Below, one piece after another: positions 20,977-33,420 of a stretch of DNA of 64,000 nt. This DNA comes from Bdellovibrionales bacterium. Its GTDB lineage: Bacteria > Bdellovibrionota > Bdellovibrionia > Bdellovibrionales > UBA1609. The DNA is taken from assembly GCA_965219095.1 (NCBI GenBank), contig CBDCMT010000001.1:1568001-1632000 (forward strand). Reading direction: 5' to 3'. The notes below the pieces were generated by a model. It worked only from the letters and a program-made list of their open reading frames with translations. It made no database searches and had not been told where the DNA came from. The position numbers and the translations under genes were made by a program. Numbering within the stretch: the stretch's first letter is position 1; the number at the start of each line of letters is the position of its first letter.

Positions 20977-21484
20977 AAAACACCTCTTGTATTGATAAGA
21001 ATGTAACTTAACCAACCCATAAGAAAAGGAAAGCTGAAAGGAATTCTATGAGCTTTTTCTGGATTTAAATAAAAATTCATGTTCACTAAGTTTTTTAAAA
21101 AGACTTTCAAGTTTTTTTGAAACAGAATAACAAAAAATCCAAAGACAAAAGCCCAACATAAACTGTAAACAAAGGTCTCTAAAACAAGCACTCCATGATG
21201 AAGAAAACCAAAAACACTAAAAAACTTCACATCTCCTCCTCCTAAGCCTCCTATAAGATAAAGAGGAGAAGTGCATAGAAAAGCTATGCTGAAACCTAAA
21301 AAACTCTCTATGAAAAGTGTTTTCTGTATTTTAAAATCTAACCCATATACTTTAAAAAGAAGAAGGCTTAAAAACACAACAAAACTTATCACAACAAATT
21401 GGTCTGGTATTTTTTTTGTTTTTATGTCAAAAAAAAACCTATCAAAAGAAACATACTTGTCACAGAGAATACAATAAAACTCAT
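20973..21484 (-). pseudogene. cpaA: A24 prepilin peptidase CpaA/TadV, frameshifted at a T9 run
   Basis: GGGDVK and IPFS motifs; DIKTKKIPD (first catalytic Asp) is in frame with the body but out of frame with the ATG at 21484. Confidence 0.78.
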
Positions 21485-21488
21485 AGAT

Positions 21489-21686
21489 CTACCTCTTAAG
21501 CCATTCCTGAACTTGGCCCTTATTTTTAAATTCACGGCCTATAGTCATATCCTTTTCTAAACGAGAACCTAAATAAGTTCCCGAAGTTTTAAAAATATGA
21601 ATAGGGCTATAATCGCTTGTAATAAGTGCTGGAAACAAAACAGCCACATAAATTAAGAGAAGCAAAATCATTTCAAGAGTCATCAT
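21489..21686 (-). CDS. Small pilin-like protein
   Basis: Short ORF with Glu followed by hydrophobic helix, between flp and cpaA. Confidence 0.5.
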   Translation of the reverse strand: MMTLEMILLLLIYVAVLFPALITSDYSPIHIFKTSGTYLGSRLEKDMTIGREFKNKGQVQEWLKR

Positions 21687-21735
21687 AAGAACATTCCTCC
21701 TTCTATCATGGTTAGGGTGAGATCATTTAAAACCC

Positions 21736-21936
21736 TTAATCTCCTGAAAAGTTGGAAATTTGCTGGGTCAAATTACCAATTTTATCTTGAAAAGCAGTTT
21801 TAATCTCTCCCCTGAAGAAAACAAGCACTGCTACAATGATAAGAAGAATAAACACATACTCTGTCATGCCCTGACCACTTTCGTTAGTTAGAAATTTTTT
21901 GAACTTTTGTATAAGCTTGCAGTCTCTTTTTTTCAT
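21736..21936 (-). CDS. flp: Flp family type IVb pilin
   Basis: ESG-QGMTEY motif, 66 aa, strong AGGAGG RBS. Confidence 0.88.
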   Translation of the reverse strand: MKKRDCKLIQKFKKFLTNESGQGMTEYVFILLIIVAVLVFFRGEIKTAFQDKIGNLTQQISNFSGD

Positions 21937-22231
21937 AAAATCCTCCTTACTTTTATTTTACCAGTGATAACTTATCGACAAAACCATATGTTTTCTAAAG
22001 AGACATGTCTTATTTTGATACATAAAGCTAAAATAGGTCAAAAACCCCTACCATAGTCCAGCTATGGAGATGCGTCCTATTCCAACACGCACCAGTCCCA
22101 TCAAGCTCAGCTCCTAATGACCGTTTTTGATTCGACTATCCGAGACCTTAATCCACCTTTTTTAGAAGACAGATCATCTCATGGTTTTATTCCTTGTTTA
22201 TCAGGTTCTATCCGACTAACGAGCTTTTTTT

Positions 22232-23089
22232 GTAACTGCTCACTCTCGTAAGTTTTTATTTAAAGCCATAGAGATGGCTTCTAAAGAAGAATACCCTCTA
22301 TTTCTCATTGTTTTAACATAGCTGGTAATACGACAAAAATATTTCGCCATTTCTTCTGTTCTGAAACACCCTGACACTTTCTTTTTCACTTTAGTCATTC
22401 TTAGATCTCTTTCAGCTCTGTTATTAGTAGGATCTACGTTCTTTCTTTTAGCAAAGCACAGTATTTCTGCTTCATACTTTTTAAATCGCAGCCAAAGGTT
22501 TTGAGCTTGTGTATGCTTTATTCGTCCTTTCTTGCCATTTTTCTTAGGAAATTCTGGAAGCTCTTTTAAGCCTTTTGTAAGAATACTCCTATACCTTCTC
22601 TGAAGAGTTTCGTACTCTTTTTGAGTCAGAACTCTTGACTCTTTTTTATGAACTAACTCCACAGTCTCTTTAAGAAGTTTTTTGAGATTTGTAGCCCATT
22701 TGAATCCATTGCTTTCTTCTATAAATTTAAGCTCTCTCAAAAGGTGAGCCACACACAAAGCATGAGTTATCTTATCATAACAAAAGTAAGGACTCCAACA
22801 ATCATGCACAAGCACTCCTGTATATCTATCCAAGAGACCAATATCTTTTATGGCTTCCCTTCCACCTGAAAGGTGTAGAAACTGCAAGACTAATTCTCCT
22901 GAACTATAAGTATGAATCCAGTAGTTTTTACCCTTAACCCTCATAGAGGTCTCATCAACATGAATGACCTCTGATTCAAGTATCTTTTCTTTCATCTGCT
23001 CTTCCCAACTTTTAAGAAACTCTCCTAATTCAGCAATGTATCTCAACATAACTGCAGGAGAAATCATTCGACCTATAAGCCCCATGTAA
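22232..23089 (-). mobile_element. IS66 3' half, truncated by IS630
   Basis: Matches the other copies from the right TIR to CCCATGTAA. Confidence 0.92.
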
Positions 23090-24499
23090 TACCAATTACA
23101 GAAATTAATTCGACATTTTCATGTTCAAATTTAAAATTTTAAAATTGACTTAAGGAAAAGCTTCAGTTAGGAGATTTTAAAAAAACTTCTTTTGAGGGGA
23201 GGTGAGTTTTCATAAGATATGTTTATTTCAGGTATATCTATTTGTTGTGTGAATCGATTGATGGGTTAAAATAAGTGAAAAAGTGAGGGTAAAATTTAAA
23301 ATGACAAAAATCAGTTAAACAATTTAATTTATAGGTTCAAATTAATTTACAAGCTTGATTCATCTTGTTGTTTTGCCCAAGATCGAGTGCATAATTTTTT
23401 AATCCTGCCCTCCTGATCGCAAAAAGTATTCCAGGCCTCACAACAAGTATTCAGTATATGGTCATAGTTTTTAAAACATGCATTCGATAATTTGATCCTT
23501 CGTAATTGTTGCCAGACTTGTTCCATGGGATTTAATTCTGGACTATAAGGAGGTAAAGGCATCAGGGATAAATTCTTAGGAACTATCAAAGTCTCTGTGG
23601 TATGCCAACTGGCTCTGTCCATTAAAACAATTCCATGATAGTTTTCTTGAATATTTTTAGATATCTCATCTAAGTGAATTTGCATCATCCCTGAATTACA
23701 TTCCGGTAAGATCCAAGCACAGCCTTTATCTCTATCCGGACAAACTGCTCCAAAAATATAAGTGGATAAAAATTGTCTTTGTCTCACAACTCTAGGCCGT
23801 GTGCCTTTTCTTGCCCAAATCCTACTCAAAGAACCTTGCTGAGCTTATTCTGCATTCATCCTGCCACCAAATCTCTATTTTATGAGTCTGAATCTTTTCC
23901 TTTATTTTCTCCACCTCTTCTGGAAAATGTTCCTTAAACTGTTCCATAGCTTCTTGTGAAGTTTTAGGATGAAGAGAACGACCACTGATCCATACAATAT
24001 TAAGACGGTCTAAAGAAACATAAACCCCAGAAAGAGAATAGCAACAGTCAAATTCATCTGCTAAAAGTTCCTGTATTCCCTTTGCTCCTATGCTTCCTCC
24101 TTCTCTCTTGTCTTGAATTTCATCTAACTTGATTTTGAAGTTCTCTTCTTCTGTTACTGGCAAACGAGGCTTGCGTCCTCTGCCTTCTCGATCTATCAAT
24201 CCCTCGTAATCAAAGTCTACAAAAAAAGACTGTAACCAGGATTTGATACTGTGACGGTGATACAAAACCATACCTGCTGTTTCTTGAATCGATTTTCCTT
24301 CTTGCATATGCTGCAAAGCCAATAATTTTGTCTTGATGTTGGCACTTCTTTCTACTTTGTAAGTAGCTAGAAAATTATACCCTTGAATCTGTGTAACTAA
24401 ATCTTTTTTCGACATGACTCTAAAAATTTAACAGAGTTTTATCAAAAAGCCAGGACGCAATGAGTTAAAAAAATGTCGAATTAATTTTTGGAAATGGTA
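23090..24499 (-). mobile_element. IS630-family element type A, copy 1
   Basis: Ends TACCAATTACAGAAATTAATTCGAC / GTCGAATTAATTTTTGGAAATGGTA; WWQDE, MDRASWH, PPYSPELNPMEQVW. Confidence 0.92.
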
Positions 24500-25069
24500 T
24501 TATACACAGGTTTTAGGTTGTTTCTGTGGCCCCGGCCCATTTTACAAGTTTGCAAAAGTTGTTTAGCCTTTTTAAAGAATGTTTGTAAAAGTAACATCAA
24601 AGTCTAAGGGTAAAAAAAGTGTACGGATTGTAGAGTCTGTTTGGCTTAAGGGGAAGTGTGTACAAAAGACCATTCGTTCTATGGGTATTTTTGCAAGCGA
24701 TAAGGAAGTTAAAAAAGCTAAGAAGTTAGCAGAAGAGTTGATCATAGACATTAAGAATCAAAGAGATCCTGTGCTTCTAGGTTGTGAGGAGCTAGTTTAT
24801 GGTAAAAGGCCTAAGGAGAAGAAGAAGAAAGAGAAGAAAAAGCGTGTTGTTTGTGGTATTGAGAAAGTTTTTAATGAGCTTTATGCTGAGTTAGGTTTTG
24901 TAAATTTGATTGAGGGTACAAAGAAAGATTTAGAGTGGAATGATATTTTAAAGCACTGTGTTTTATCAAGAGTTTTTAATCCAGAATCAAAAAGAGGTAG
25001 TGTAGAAACACTTTTTGAAGATTTTAACCGACAGATTCCTTTAGAGAAAGTTTATAGGGCTATGGATCG

Positions 25070-26320
25070 TGATCTTCCCCCAAAAAAGTGGACAGTTTTT
25101 ATGTTCTTAAAGCCCTCCTTTGTTTAAATTCTTTTGGGCTCATGTATTTCAAGGAAGAATGCATTCTTACCTTGTTATACCAATCCATGTAAATTGCAAT
25201 TTTTTTTTCCAACTCTTCCTTTGTTGTACAGTCTTTGTATTCCAGTTCATCCTTCAACGTATGGAAAAAGCTCTCCACAAACGCATTATCATAACAATTT
25301 CCTTTCCTAGACATAGATTGCTTGAGGCCAAAGAATTTCAATTCTTTTCTAAACCCTTCACAACAATATTGAACCCCTTGATCCGAGTGGATTATCAAGC
25401 CCTCTAAGTTCCCAGAAACAGATTGGACTGCGGCTCTCAGAGCCTGTTTTGAATGAACCCCGTCCAAGCTCTCACAGAGCTTCCAAGACTTAATCTCTCG
25501 ATTATAGACATCTAAAAATACAACCAAATACAGAAATTTATCTCTAAAAGGAATATAGGTTAAATCCGAACACCATACCTGGTTTTCTTTTCCTGCTTGG
25601 CTCTGTCCTGTCTTAAACAACCGAGGAGACTTAATCATGAGAGGGTTATTCTTTGTTGTTCTAGGAACATAGGGTTTTTTCTGACGGGCACTGAGATTCT
25701 TTAGTTTCATAATTCGAGCTACTTTGTTTTCTCCAGCACTCACTCCGCAACGCTTTAATTCCCTATACACCCTGGGGGAACCATAACAGCCTTTATTTTT
25801 TTTAAAAATAGATTCTATGTTTTTCTCCAGATTTTTATCCTTTTCAAGCTTTCCCCTGGTTTTTAAAAAACTATAAAAACCAGAACGAGATCCTCTTAAT
25901 AATTCGCAAATGCGAAGCACTGGATGCCCTTTCTCTTTTACATAAAACATAGCCTTAAATCTCATTTCAGGATTTCCTTTGAAAAAAAAGCCGCTGCCTC
26001 TTTCAATATACCTACACTCCGCCTCTCATAGACCAGCTCCTTTTTTAACCTCTTTATTTCCTCCAATGCCGAAGCCAAGTCATGGGAAGCTTGTCTTTCT
26101 ACTTCAGGCTTTAGAAAACGCTTCCAAGAGCTTATCACTTGGAAATTTCTCAGTCCTAGCTTCTCTGAGGCTTCCTTTGCACCTATTTCCTCTGCCAATT
26201 CAATGGCTTGCTTTTTAAACTCTTCCGAGTACTGTTTTACTTTTTCCATTCTTTCTTTTACCTCCATTTTATGGAGACTTTAAGAGAAAATTGACTGTCC
26301 GCAGAAACAGGGGAAGTTCA
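25070..26320 (-). mobile_element. IS3-family element (orfA 25962-26267, orfB 25099-25965), apparently intact
   Basis: TG...CA TIRs, 3-bp TSD TCG, WCSDLTYI, HSDQGVQY, GNCYDNAFVESFF. Confidence 0.95.
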
Positions 26321-27118
26321 TCGTTTTTATCCTTTTATTGAGACCTCGAAGAAAAAGGTATCTGAGAACACCTTGTCTTTGTTTAACCATGAGGTGGATG
26401 TTTTGCTTTATGATGTGACGACCTTGTATTTTGAGAGCTTCTCAGAGGATGAGATTCGCAGGTTTGGTTTTAGTAAAGATTGTAAATTTAAAGAGACACA
26501 GGTTGTTTTGGCACTTATGACAAACTCACAAGGGCATCCTATAAGCTATGAACTTTTTCCGGGCAATACAAGTGAGGGGGCTACACTGGTAGAGTCTATA
26601 AATAAGCTAAAGACTCGTTTTAATGTAAGAAGAGCTGTTTTAGTAGCTGATAGAGCTATGTTTGTAAGAAAGAATTTAGAGACTATGGATAAGATGGGGA
26701 TAGAGTATGTTGTGGCTGCAAAGTTAAAATCCCTTTCTAGCAAGAAAAAAGAAGAGGTTTTAAGTTATAAAAACTATAAGCCCACCCAAGTGGCTTGTGA
26801 TACATCTCATCTTTTTTGGGTGAAAGAGCTAGAGCATGAAGGAAAAAGATTGATAGTTAGTTATTCGAACAAAAGAGCCAAAAGAGATCAAAATCAAAGA
26901 GAGCGTTTGATCAATCGTTTGATGAAGAAAGTAAGAAACAAGGAGATTCCTGTGAGTCAGTTGATCTCCAATCATGGGACCAAACGTTTTATTAAAGTTG
27001 ACAATGTGAAAGTGAGCATAGATGAGGAGAAAATAGAAAAAGAAGCTTTGTGGGACGGTCTTCACGGAATTATAACAAATGTTCAAAACAAGACAGCCAG
27101 TGAGCTTTTAAGTCGTTA

Positions 27119-28530
27119 TACCAATTACAGAAATTAATTCGACATTTTTATGTTCAAATTTAAAATTTTAAAATTGACTTAAGGAAAAGTTTCAGTTAGG
27201 AGGTTTTAAAAAAACTTCTTTTAAGGTGAGTTTAAGTTTTCATAAGATAAGTTTATTTCAGGTATATCTATTTGTTGTGTAAATCGATTGATGGGTTAAA
27301 ATAAGTGAAAAAGTGAGGGTAAAATTTAAAATGACAAAAATCAGTTAAACAATTTAATTTATAGGTTCAAATTAATTTACAAGCTTGATTCATCTTGTTG
27401 TTTTGCCCAAGATCGAGTGCATAATTTTTTAATCCTGCCCTCCTGATCGCAAAAAGTATTCCAGGCCTCACAACAAGTATTCAGTATATGGTCATAGTTT
27501 TTAAAACATGCATTCGATAATTTGATCCTTCGTAATTGTTGCCAGACTTGTTCCATGGGATTTAATTCTGGACTATAAGGAGGTAAAGGCATCAGGGATA
27601 AATTCTTAGGAACTATCAAAGTCTCTGTGGTATGCCAACTGGCTCTGTCCATTAAAACAATTCCATGATAGTTTTCTTGAATATTTTTAGATATCTCATC
27701 TAAGTGAATTTGCATCATCCCTGAATTACATTCCGGTAAAATCCAAGCACAGCCTTTATCTTTATCCGGACAAACTGCTCCAAAAATATAAGTGGATAAA
27801 AATTGTCTTTGTCTCACAACTCTAGGCCGTGTGCCTTTTCTTGCCCAAATCCTGCTCAAAGAACCTTGCTGAGCTTATTCTGCATTCATCCTGCCACCAA
27901 ATCTCTATTTTATGAGTCTGAATCTTTTCTTTTATTTTCTCCACCTCTTCTGGAAAATGTTCCTTAAACTGTTCCATAGCTTCTTAATGAACTTTTAGGA
28001 TGAAGAGAACGACCACTGATCCATACAATATTAAGGCGGTCTAAAGAAACATAAACCCCAGAAAGAGAATAGCAACAGTCAAATTCATCTGCTAAAAGTT
28101 TCTGTATTTCCTTTGCTCCTATGCTTCCTCCCTCTCTTTTGTCTTGAATTTCATCTAACTTGATTTTGAAGTTCTCCTCTTCTGTCACTGGCAAACGAGG
28201 CTTGCGTCCTCTGCCTTCTCGATCTATCAATCCCTCGTAATCAAAGTCTACAAAAAAAGACTGTAACCAGGATTTGATACTGTGACGGTGATACAAAACC
28301 ATACCTGCTGTTTCTTGAATCGATTTTCCTTCTTGCATATGCTGCAAAGCCAATAATTTTGTCTTGATGTTGGCACTTCTTTCTACTTTGTAAGTAGCCA
28401 GAAAATCATACCCTTGAATCTGTGTAACTAAATCTTTTTTCGACATGACTCTAAAAATTTAACAGAGTTTTATCAAAAAGCCAGGACGCAATGTGTTAAA
28501 AAAATGTCGAATTAATTTTTGGAAATGGTA
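27119..28530 (-). mobile_element. IS630-family element type A, copy 2
   Basis: Both ends present; removal with one TTA restores IS1634 codons SRYRDLW. Confidence 0.93.
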
Positions 28531-29177
28531 TTACAGAGATCTTTGGAGAATAGAAGAGGCTTTTAGAGTGAATAAGACGACGTTAAAGATGAGGCCTGTT
28601 TATCATTGGAAAAAAAGAAGAATAGAAACTCACATTGCCATTTGTTTTTTAGCCTATGCGATCTCTTACACAATGGTTTATAAACTCAAACAAGCAGGAC
28701 TTAATTTAAGCTTTGAAAGAATGAGAAAGATCTTAAAAAGAGATCAGTACAGTATTTTAAAAGAAAAAAAGACGAAAAAACTTTATCGCCTTCCCTCAGG
28801 TTGTACAAAGGAAGTAGAAGAAATTTACAGTGCTTTTTCGCTTAAAAGAAACTCTTTTATGAGCCTCTTTTCCACAACATCTGCTGAATCTGCTGACCTT
28901 TAAAAAACCCTTTCCTGTGGCCCCAAAAATTGTAACTATTTGAAATTATTCACTTGTTGCAGTGTGTTGTGTCGAAGTCAGGAAAAAATAAATCAAAAAT
29001 AAAGATAACTCCTAACTTGGAAGGATATCTTATATCACAGCATTGGAAAACTGACAGAACCTCAGGGAATCCACAGATTCTTTTGAAGAGGCAAAAACTT
29101 TAGTTGTGCTCTCTAAAAAGAAAAAAGGCTGAAACCAAATTCCAGCCTCTCTTTTTAAGTGTGATAGTTGTGTTGTT

Positions 29178-30011
29178 TTAATCTTCCCAAGAGTTAACAC
29201 CGTAAACATCAGAGGTTTGACCGTTGTCATCTGTAAATTGAACAATGTAAGTACCTCTAAAAACAGAAACAAAATTCTCTTCCTTTTTTACATCATAAGT
29301 GTGACTAACAGCCTTTCGTCCATCTGAATACCAGAAAAAAGTAAAGGTTCCGTCAGTAATTTTCCGATAAAAATATGGAACTTCATAACTTCCATCTTCA
29401 TTAAATCTTATAATTTTAGCATATTCATCAAGGTTTTTTGATTTCGTATATTTACACATAGTTTTTGCATCAGGACTGTACTTCCCATATAAATTACACC
29501 ACATATAAGCTCTACTAGAATTTATATAAAAATCTCTGATCATAAAATCTTGCATTTTCTTGTTAGTAAAATCCCAATAAAGAGAGTACTTTTGACCTTG
29601 AGGATTGATTGTAATTTTGTCAAGATCGATATCAATTAGAGCTTCTTCTTTCACTTCAATAGATTGCGTTGTGCTACTATATATTAAATGATAAATTCCT
29701 TTGTTAAGAGGCACCTCTTTGTTTAATTGTTTTCTTGTTAAGTAATAGCAACTACGTTTTTTGGGAACCTCGAGAGTTCCTTCGCAGGCAAAGATAGCAT
29801 ATTCAGAATCTTGCCCTTCTCCTGGGATGCCATTAACCCTTAAAATCCCTATAGGAGGAGTTACTGCTAAGGGTGAAGCCTCCAGAGAGTGATGTGATTG
29901 TTCTAGTGAAGCTTGTAAAGTTAAGCTCTGAACCCCTTCTTCTACGACGTCTCCATAAGAAAGTCCTCCTAAAGACATCAAAAATAAAAATGTTAGTATT
30001 AGTTTTTTCAT
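29178..30011 (-). CDS. Hypothetical secreted protein
   Basis: 277 aa, Sec-type signal MKKLILTFLFL, AGGAGG RBS, paired cysteines. Confidence 0.7.
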   Translation of the reverse strand: MKKLILTFLFLMSLGGLSYGDVVEEGVQSLTLQASLEQSHHSLEASPLAVTPPIGILRVNGIPGEGQDSEYAIFACEGTLEVPKKRSCYYLTRKQLNKEVPLNKGIYHLIYSSTTQSIEVKEEALIDIDLDKITINPQGQKYSLYWDFTNKKMQDFMIRDFYINSSRAYMWCNLYGKYSPDAKTMCKYTKSKNLDEYAKIIRFNEDGSYEVPYFYRKITDGTFTFFWYSDGRKAVSHTYDVKKEENFVSVFRGTYIVQFTDDNGQTSDVYGVNSWED

Positions 30012-30594
30012 AACGTAAAATCCCTCCTTTTCTAATGTTTTTTCGTTATTTTGTTTCCTAAGTCTTATTTTCTAACCTAATAATAAAGGAAAAGACTCCT
30101 ATCCTTTGTTAAAAGCATACCTTGTATGAAAAAAAAAAGAAGAGATAACTTTTTGCGTTATGATTCTTATTTAGGGGTGGTAAAAGGTTTTAAGCTAAAG
30201 TTTAAAAAACACAGTTAAATAAAAGCTATTTATTTTTCTACTTTTTTAAATCTTAAAGTTAATAGGACAAACCAGTAGATTTACTATGCTTAGATGTCCA
30301 TCTCTAGCTTTTCTTATGGTTTTTAATGGCATCTTTGTTTTCTCTTAATTCCTGTGCTTATCATTTCTAATGTCTAGATTTGTAGGTGAACTTTTTTTTA
30401 GTGGGGTCTTTTAAGTGGAGCTTATTTTGTTAATTAAGCCCTACTTAACCTTCATTTTAAAAATAAGAACTGTCAAACAAGAATCTCAAAGAACGTAAGT
30501 TGGTTTCTTAAGGGCCTTTGACTCCTACGAGGAGGATGTTTCTTAGATGCTTTTACCCACAGATTCTTTTGAGGAGGCTAAAAAATAAGCTAGT

Positions 30595-30969
30595 ATGAGC
30601 GTAGAAAATGAGATAAGATATTGTTTAGATGCTAATATTTTTAAGAAGCTTGGAACACAATCTATCCTAGAAATATATTTACAACCTTATTATGATAAGT
30701 TGAGCGAAGTTTCTCTTAATGTTATTATTCTTCAAATCATCTTTGATGAAATTCAAGAAGATGAAGAACTCAGAAAGTGGATAGAAGATAACATGTTGCA
30801 GAACAGACCTGTTCAAATAAATGAAGATGTACAGAAAGAAAGTATGACTTTAATGAAGCAATATCAAACAGAACCTACAGGCAAGGGTGCTAGTGTTCTG
30901 ACCAGTAAATTTTTTCACAATTTTCAAGCCTTTAATCCAGGTCATTTTATTAAATTATTTTTATATTAA
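30595..30969 (+). pseudogene. PIN-like (DUF4411-type) protein, 3' truncated
   Basis: YCLDANIF PIN start; C-terminus runs into IS-like sequence after CTAG near 30890. Confidence 0.5.
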
Positions 30970-31125
30970 AAAGAATAAAAGTGAAATGTTTAGAGTTATA
31001 CCAATTCCAAAAGTTAATTCTACATTTTCATGTATAAGTTTGGATTTTTACTTCTAGAAATTTATAACTTTTAAGTATGGGTAAAGAGTGTATCAAATTC
31101 ATTGGAAAGATATGATTCTCTAATG

Positions 31126-32659
31126 GTAACTGCTCACTCTCGTAAGTTTTTATTTAAAGCCATAGAGATGGCTTCTAAAGAAGAATACCCTCTATTTCTC
31201 ATTGTTTTAACATAGCTGGTAATACGACAAAAATATTTCGCCATTTCTTCTGTTCTGAAACACCCTGACACTTTCTTTTTCACTTTAGTCATTCTTAGAT
31301 CTCTTTCAGCTCTGTTATTAGTAGGATCTACGTTCTTTCTTTTAGCAAAGCACAGTATTTCTGCTTCATACTTTTTAAATCGCAGCCAAAGGTTTTGAGC
31401 TTGTGTATGCTTTATTCGTCCTTTCTTGCCATTTTTCTTAGGAAATTCTGGAAGCTCTTTTAAGCCTTTTGTAAGAATACTCCTATACCTTCTCTGAAGA
31501 GTTTCGTACTCTTTTTGAGTCAGAACTCTTGACTCTTTTTTATGAACTAACTCCACAGTCTCTTTAAGAAGTTTTTTGAGATTTGTAGCCCATTTGAATC
31601 CATTGCTTTCTTCTATAAATTTAAGCTCTCTCAAAAGGTGAGCCACACACAAAGCATGAGTTATCTTATCATAACAAAAGTAAGGACTCCAACAATCATG
31701 CACAAGCACTCCTGTATATCTATCCAAGAGACCAATATCTTTTATGGCTTCCCTTCCACCTGAAAGGTGTAGAAACTGCAAGACTAATTCTCCTGAACTA
31801 TAAGTATGAATCCAGTAGTTTTTACCCTTAACCCTCATAGAGGTCTCATCAACATGAATGACCTCTGATTCAAGTATCTTTTCTTTCATCTGCTCTTCCC
31901 AACTTTTAAGAAACTCTCCTAATTCAGCAATGTATCTCAACATAACTGCAGGAGAAATCATTCGACCTATAAGCCCCATGTAATGTTCCCCAACACGCTC
32001 TAAAAGACAGCATCTGAACTATAATGAAATTGATGATGGAAGCTCTAATGCCTATACCATACTGAAGAGGACCACTCATACCTTTAGGGAATTGACCTTT
32101 ATTTCTAGCTCCACATGAGGGACAATTCTTAACTTCAGAAGTTACAGTATGGGTCTGAATTTCATAAAAAATATCAATCTTTTTACGCTTCTCAAGGCTT
32201 TTTACCTCTGCTGTCTTTAAACACATCCCACACTGAGAACACTCTGAGGGAGAGACAGTCTCCTCACTGTTTTGTATCTTTACTGTTATCAAGTCTAGAG
32301 CCCTTTTTCTGACTCCCACTAGCTTTCTTATTACGATTCCCTTGACGACTAAAATCTTGCGAAGGAGGAAGACCGCTGTTGCTGGAATTTTTTCGAACCT
32401 GTTTTTCTAAAAACACAACAATCAGAATGTTCACAACCTTAAAGAGAGATTCAACAATCACAGAAATCTCAGTAGGCACAGAACCTTTCTTTGCAAGCTT
32501 ATCAAAGTCACTTCTTATATTTTTAATCTCATTTCTGATGGAGGTCTTATTTATTGTCATTTGAAAAAAGTATTTAAAAGAAAATCTGTAAGAGCAAGAC
32601 TTTTATCTTAAAACAGGTCTAAAGTTAGGGATAACTGAACAATGTAGGTGAGCAGTTAC
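31126..32659 (-). mobile_element. IS66-family element, copy 3 (full length)
   Basis: Same TIRs and ORFs. Confidence 0.93.
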
Positions 32660-32999
32660 AGAACTTAAACATAAGGAAAATCCCTTCTGAAAAAAGCTTC
32701 AGAGGGGGCTAGAATGTTTCTACAGTCTCTAAGCTCTTAAAAAATGAAAAAAAATATGGATGACAAGCCTTTTTGAAAAACTTTTTTATCAATGACTTAC
32801 TTTCTTGCTTGACTGACTGGTCATCCATATGAGCAAATTGAAGTGTTTTTTAGCAATTAGATTAATGAGCAGGACAATAAATATTTCAGTTATGTTTGAT
32901 ATTTCATCCCTTTTTTCTTACTTCTAAAAATAACGAACTGGGGGGTGAGAGTCAATTGATTTAATATGCTAAACCTTAGCTCAAGAAAGGAAGTGAAGG

Positions 33000-33420
33000 A
33001 TAGCTAAGAAGATATGAATTAACAACTAAAACATGGAAGAAGATAGAGTTTTTACTTAGCGATCGGAAAAAGACAGTAGGAGTTAGAAGCAAAAAACAAC
33101 TGACAATTTGTTAGCTTAAGTCCTATGGATCTTGAGGACTGGGACCTCGGAGGTCTCTTCCGGAACGTTATGGACACTCAAAGAACACGTTTGCTTTCAT
33201 TTCACTCGTTGGGAGAAATCTGGAATTTCTAAAGAAGATTTTTTCTCATCTTATAAAAGATTCTAAAAATAAATATCTTTCTATTGATAACACTATAGTA
33301 CGATCTCATCAGCATTCTTCTGGTGCAAAAAAGAAGCAAAAAAAGAAGAAGATTGAAGAAGACTTTGGCTTTGGGGTACTTCAGAGGAGGTTTAAGTGCA
33401 AAAATTCATCTTACTAAGTG
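33000..33420 (+). pseudogene. IS5-family (IS427-like) transposase remnant
   Basis: Frame fragments RRYELT..W, WILRTG, LPERYG, SIDNTIVRSHQHSSGAKK. Confidence 0.7.

Larger units (their letters stand above)
24503..28982 (+). mobile_element. IS1634-family element interrupted by IS3 and IS630
   Basis: Fragments 24579-25069, 26324-27118 and 28531-28903 with YDVTTLYFE, GFSKD, VADRAM, LWRIEEAFR..K..L..RPVYHW; right end ...GAAGTCAGG. Confidence 0.88.
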
